Source: Actinomycetales bacterium (GTDB lineage Bacteria > Actinomycetota > Actinomycetes > Actinomycetales > DASROP01). Taken from it: 37,633 nucleotides of DNA. Each line of letters opens with the position of its first letter. Within the stretch, counting starts at the first letter, position 1. The notes under the pieces were generated by a model, which was given only the letters and a program-made list of their open reading frames with translations, made no database searches and was not told the origin of the DNA. The position numbers and the translations under genes were made by a program. Shown one piece after another: positions 33,969-37,633 of this stretch. Where the stretch lies: positions 1 through 37,633 of the forward strand of contig JBBSNO010000001.1 of the NCBI GenBank assembly GCA_038232615.1, in the 5' to 3' direction.

Positions 33969-35243
33969 TCACCGCAGGGCCAGCGACCCGTCCTTCGGGA
34001 TGACCTCCGCGTCTACCCCGACGGTGTCGGGGTAGATCAGGCCGGCACCGGTGTTCAGCACCACCACCTGCTCGGTGCGACCGATCCAGCCCCGCTGCAC
34101 GAGCTGGCGGACGGCGGTCACGGTTGCGGCCCCCTCGGGGCACAGGAACAGCCCCTCGAGCCGCCCGACGAGGGCGACGTCCTCCAGCAGGTCGGCGTCG
34201 TCGACGGCGATCGCGGTGCCGCCCGTCGCGCGCACCGCGTCGAGCACCAGGAAGTCGCCGAGCGCCTTCGGCACGGTGATCCCGAAGGCGACCGTACGGG
34301 CGTCCACCCAGGGCTCGCTGACGTCGGCCCCGGCTTCGAACGCCCGCACGATCGGTGCGCACCCGGTGGACTGCACGGACACCAGGCGCGGCATCGGGCC
34401 GGTGACCCAGCCCAGCTCGAGCAACTCGGTCAGCGCCTTGTGGATCCCGATCAGACCCACGCCCCCACCGGTCGGGTACACGATGACGTCGGGCATCCTC
34501 CAGCCGAGCTGTTCGGCGATCTCGAAGCCCATCGTCTTCTTGCCCTCGATGCGGTACGGCTCCTTGAGTGTCGCGACGTCGAACCAGTCGTCGTCGCTCG
34601 CGGCGATGGCCGCGGCCACGAGGCGGCCGGCGTCGGAGATCAGACCGTCGACGAGGCGCAGGTCGCCGCCCGCCGCCACGGTCTCGACGCGGGTGATGTG
34701 CGGCGCGCTGACCGGCATGGCCACGAGCATCCGCATCCCCGCCCGCGCCGCGTAGGTGGCCCAGGCTGCGCCCGCGTTGCCGTTGGTGGGCATCGCCATC
34801 GCGTAGGCACCGAGCTCGCGCGCCCTGGAGACACCGACGGCGGCGCCGCGCGCCTTGAACGAGCCCGTCGGCAGGAGGCCCTCGTCCTTGACCAGCAGGC
34901 TCTCCAGACCCACCTCGGCCGCGACCCGTGGCAGGTCGAACAACGGTGTCATGCCCTCGCCCAGCGTGACCACGTGCTCGGGACCCGAGACGGGCAGCAG
35001 CTCGTGGTAACGCCACAGGTCGGACGGGCGACGCTCCACCTGCTCGCGGGTGGTGGTCACGGAGCCGAGGTCGTACCGCGCCAGCAACGGCGAGCCGCAG
35101 GCGCGACAGAGGTTCTGCCGCTCCTGCGCGTCGTGCCGGTCACCGCACCGGGGGCACGTCAGGTGGCTCAGTGCGCTCCAGGGGCCGGCTGCTCCCCCGT
35201 CGTCCGGCGTGTCCAGGCGGTGCCTTCCGGGTGGGCCGCTCAC
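33969..35243 (-). CDS. thrC: Threonine synthase-family PLP enzyme with N-terminal zinc ribbon
   Basis: 424 aa. CPRCG...CRACG ribbon, PLP-lysine block TGSFKARGA, NGNAGAA, GGGVGLIG. Confidence 0.82.
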   Translation of the reverse strand: MSGPPGRHRLDTPDDGGAAGPWSALSHLTCPRCGDRHDAQERQNLCRACGSPLLARYDLGSVTTTREQVERRPSDLWRYHELLPVSGPEHVVTLGEGMTPLFDLPRVAAEVGLESLLVKDEGLLPTGSFKARGAAVGVSRARELGAYAMAMPTNGNAGAAWATYAARAGMRMLVAMPVSAPHITRVETVAAGGDLRLVDGLISDAGRLVAAAIAASDDDWFDVATLKEPYRIEGKKTMGFEIAEQLGWRMPDVIVYPTGGGVGLIGIHKALTELLELGWVTGPMPRLVSVQSTGCAPIVRAFEAGADVSEPWVDARTVAFGITVPKALGDFLVLDAVRATGGTAIAVDDADLLEDVALVGRLEGLFLCPEGAATVTAVRQLVQRGWIGRTEQVVVLNTGAGLIYPDTVGVDAEVIPKDGSLALR

Positions 35244-35384
35244 CTGCCCTGCTCGGGCAGTTCGTTCACCACGAGGCCGACCGTGCTGGTCGTCTCCAAG
35301 AGTTCGCCCTTCGTCTGCCTGGTCGCTGCGGTGGGCGTGTGTCTCCCGCGCAGCGTCGACCCTAGTCGGCTAGCGTCGGGCCGC

Positions 35385-36512
35385 ATGCGCGTCGTCGTGG
35401 CACCGGACAAGTTCAAGGGCTCGCTGACCGCCGCACGGGCCGCGCAGGCGATCGGCGCCGGCATCCGTGAGGCAGTCCCGGACGCCGAGGTCGTCGAGCT
35501 GCCCGTCGCGGACGGCGGGGAAGGCACCCTCGAGGCAGCGCTGGCCGCCGGGTACACGCGACGCACGGTGACCGTGACCGGTCCTACCGGTGAGTCCCTG
35601 GAAGCCGCCTTCGCCCTCTCCCCCGACGGTTCGACGGCACTCGTCGAGCTGGCGGCCGCCTCCGGGCTCGACAGGCTCCCGGGCGGCACCCGCGCTCCCC
35701 TGACGGCGAACACCCGAGGAACCGGGGAGCTGCTGCGGCTGGCCCTGGACGCCGGTGCGCGGACCCTCGTGCTGGCGATCGGAGGCAGCGCCACGAACGA
35801 CGGCGGCGCCGGGATGGTCGCCGGGCTCGGTGGGCGGGTCCTGGACGTCGACGGCGCGGACCTCCCCGGCGGCGGGGCGGCCCTGGAGGGCGCAGCCCGG
35901 CTGGAGCTCGCCGGTTTCGACGCGCGCCTGGAAGGCGCTCGTGTCGTGCTGGCTTGCGACGTCGACAACCCGCTCCTCGGCGTCCGGGGGGCGGCGGCGG
36001 TCTTCGGACCCCAGAAGGGCGCCGCGCCGGACGACGTCACCAGGCTGGACCGGGCCCTGCGCCGGTGGGCGGACGTCGTCGCAGCCGCGACGGGCACCGA
36101 CCACCGGGACGCCCCCGGGGCGGGGGCGGCCGGCGGCACGGGCTTCGCGGCGCTGGCGCTCCTGGGCGCGACAACGGTGCCCGGCGTGGACGTCGTGCTC
36201 GACCTGATCGGCTTCGACGCGGTGCTGCGGGGCGCCGACCTCGTCGTGACGGGAGAGGGCAGCTTCGACGCACAGAGCCTCGGCGGCAAGGCCCCGGTGG
36301 GTGTCGCACGCCGAGCGCTGGCGTCGGGTGTCCCGGCCGTGCTGCTCGCCGGGCGCCTGGTCGACGTCGACCGCGCCGCCCTGCGCGCGGCAGGCATCGT
36401 CGCCGCGCACGACCTCTCGGCGGTGGAACCCGACCCGACTCTGCGGATGACGGACGCCGCGCGGCTGCTACGGCGACTGGCGCATCGCGTCGTGCTGGAG
36501 CACCTCGGCTGA
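35385..36512 (+). CDS. glxK: Glycerate kinase
   Basis: 375 aa from ATG 35385. MRVVVAPDKFKGSLTA, ADGGEGT, VVTGEGSFDAQSLGGKAP. Confidence 0.88.
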   Translation: MRVVVAPDKFKGSLTAARAAQAIGAGIREAVPDAEVVELPVADGGEGTLEAALAAGYTRRTVTVTGPTGESLEAAFALSPDGSTALVELAAASGLDRLPGGTRAPLTANTRGTGELLRLALDAGARTLVLAIGGSATNDGGAGMVAGLGGRVLDVDGADLPGGGAALEGAARLELAGFDARLEGARVVLACDVDNPLLGVRGAAAVFGPQKGAAPDDVTRLDRALRRWADVVAAATGTDHRDAPGAGAAGGTGFAALALLGATTVPGVDVVLDLIGFDAVLRGADLVVTGEGSFDAQSLGGKAPVGVARRALASGVPAVLLAGRLVDVDRAALRAAGIVAAHDLSAVEPDPTLRMTDAARLLRRLAHRVVLEHLG

Positions 36513-36603
36513 GGACACGGCGACGCTGGTCACGACCCGGGGCAGACCCTCACCCCTGCACCGCTCCTCACGCTGGCATCGCCTGTGACGCCGGCACCGT
36601 CCG

Positions 36604-37488
36604 TCACGCCGGCATCGCGATGAACGGCGAGCTGTAGGCGTCGTCCTGCGCCAGCAGCGCCGCGGCCTGCTCGACGGGCATCCGGTCTGCCTCGGCACGC
36701 AGGACAGGGGCGAGCAGCCGCACGTCGCCAGCGGTCGCGAGGCCGGTGACCTCCTCGTGGGCCAGCACCCAGGAGACGGCCGCGCGGATCCGCTCGTCGT
36801 CGGTGAACGGCTCGTACCAGGTGGCATAGGGCTGGTCGCCACGCTCCTGACCGGTCTGCACACCCGGCCAGCTCCGGCGCGCCACCGCCTTGATGGTCAT
36901 CAGCCCGACGTCCTGGCGACTGACCTCCTCGACGAGCGCCTCGTAGTCCACGCGCCACGGGTCGCTGCGCCACAGCACGGGGTTGAGCGGCGTCAGCACG
37001 GTGGCAAAGGGGAAGCGACGCAACGCCTCCAGGTGAGTGGCGGCAGCGGCGTCCCCGTGCCCGGTGATACCGACCGCGCCGACGAGCCCTTCCTCCTGCG
37101 CCCTCACGGCCGCCTCCAGCGCACCGCCCGGTCCGGTCACCCGGTCGAGCTCGGCCACGTCACCGACGGCGTGCAGCTGGAGCAGGTCGACGCAGTCGGT
37201 CTGCAGCCGCTCCAGGGACGCGTTGACCTGCTGCCAGGCCGCGTCCGCGCTGCGCTCACCCGTCTTGGTGGCGAGGAAGATGCGATCGCGCACCGCGGGA
37301 ACCCACGGCCCCAGGCGCAGCTCTGCCTCGCCGTAGCTCGCGGCGACGTCGAAGTGGTTCACGCCCGCGTCGAGGGCCTCCTGCAGGGCGCGGTCGGCGG
37401 TCTCCTGGTCCACCTCGGCCAGTGCCGCCGCCCCGTACACCAGCACCGAGCTGTCGTGACCGAGCCGGCCAAGGCGACGAGTCTCCAT
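36604..37488 (-). CDS. Aldo/keto reductase
   Basis: 294 aa. GVNHFDVAASYGEAE, ATKTGERS, VDLLQLH blocks. AGGA lies 7 nt upstream of the ATG. Confidence 0.85.
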   Translation of the reverse strand: METRRLGRLGHDSSVLVYGAAALAEVDQETADRALQEALDAGVNHFDVAASYGEAELRLGPWVPAVRDRIFLATKTGERSADAAWQQVNASLERLQTDCVDLLQLHAVGDVAELDRVTGPGGALEAAVRAQEEGLVGAVGITGHGDAAAATHLEALRRFPFATVLTPLNPVLWRSDPWRVDYEALVEEVSRQDVGLMTIKAVARRSWPGVQTGQERGDQPYATWYEPFTDDERIRAAVSWVLAHEEVTGLATAGDVRLLAPVLRAEADRMPVEQAAALLAQDDAYSSPFIAMPA

Positions 37489-37557
37489 CGGTCAGTCCTA
37501 CCACCGACGGACCGTGGCCGCCGCTGGTCGGGAGGCCCGCCCCGCACGCCGTACCCA

Positions 37558-37611
37558 CTGATCGTCGGACAGTTCTGGGGGGGATCACCCCCAGAACGGT
37601 CCGACGATCAG
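37558..37611. repeat. Long inverted repeat / hairpin (24-bp stem, 1 mismatch, 6-nt loop)
   Basis: CTGATCGTCGGACAGTTCTGGGGG (37558-37581) pairs with CCCCCAGAACGGTCCGACGATCAG (37588-37611). It overlaps a possible stop codon of a minus-strand gene that runs off the window edge (...GLVLEQY*), and lies upstream of the AKR gene. Confidence 0.7.
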
Positions 37612-37633
37612 TACTGCTCCAGCACCAGACCCA

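Overview
High-GC actinobacterial chromosomal segment, densely coding on both strands. I found no rRNA, tRNA or CRISPR array. Many long ORFs in the six-frame track are GC-driven shadow frames and are not called.

Most of the window is intact housekeeping or metabolic genes:
- xerD, ald, arfB
- a coupled patatin / acyltransferase / SpeE-like methyltransferase unit
- LLM oxidoreductase and Zn-ADH
- a PAS-GAF-PP2C-HATPase phosphatase
- an RqlH-type RecQ helicase with a ComF/PRT-like C-domain
- a fabG / acyl-CoA dehydrogenase / flavin reductase operon
- hrpA, a DUF222-HNH gene, a sirtuin, a DEAD-box helicase, a thrC-like gene, glycerate kinase and an aldo/keto reductase

The standout is a compact, cargo-free 3.47-kb recombinase-in-trio (RIT) element at 16736-20205:
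- It carries three translationally coupled tyrosine recombinase genes, and all three keep the catalytic residues.
- It is bounded by perfect 29-bp terminal inverted repeats.
- It carries four copies of a 13-15-bp motif (CGTTATGTGGCCGGT), arranged as one inverted pair at each end.
- A perfect 22-bp palindrome sharing the motif core abuts the left end.
- It interrupts a membrane GGDEF-type gene, and conceptual excision restores that reading frame.

Downstream of the element (about 20.2-25.7 kb) gene decay is unusually dense:
- the GGDEF gene also has an internal deletion
- an L,D-transpeptidase and an ECF sigma gene are mutually truncated head-to-head
- the cognate RskA-like anti-sigma gene is frameshifted
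- an M14 carboxypeptidase gene is 5'-truncated and frameshifted at least twice

Smaller observations:
- a roughly 105-nt structured repeat element in the arfB leader
- two short tandem duplications
- a 24-bp-stem hairpin at the right edge of the window
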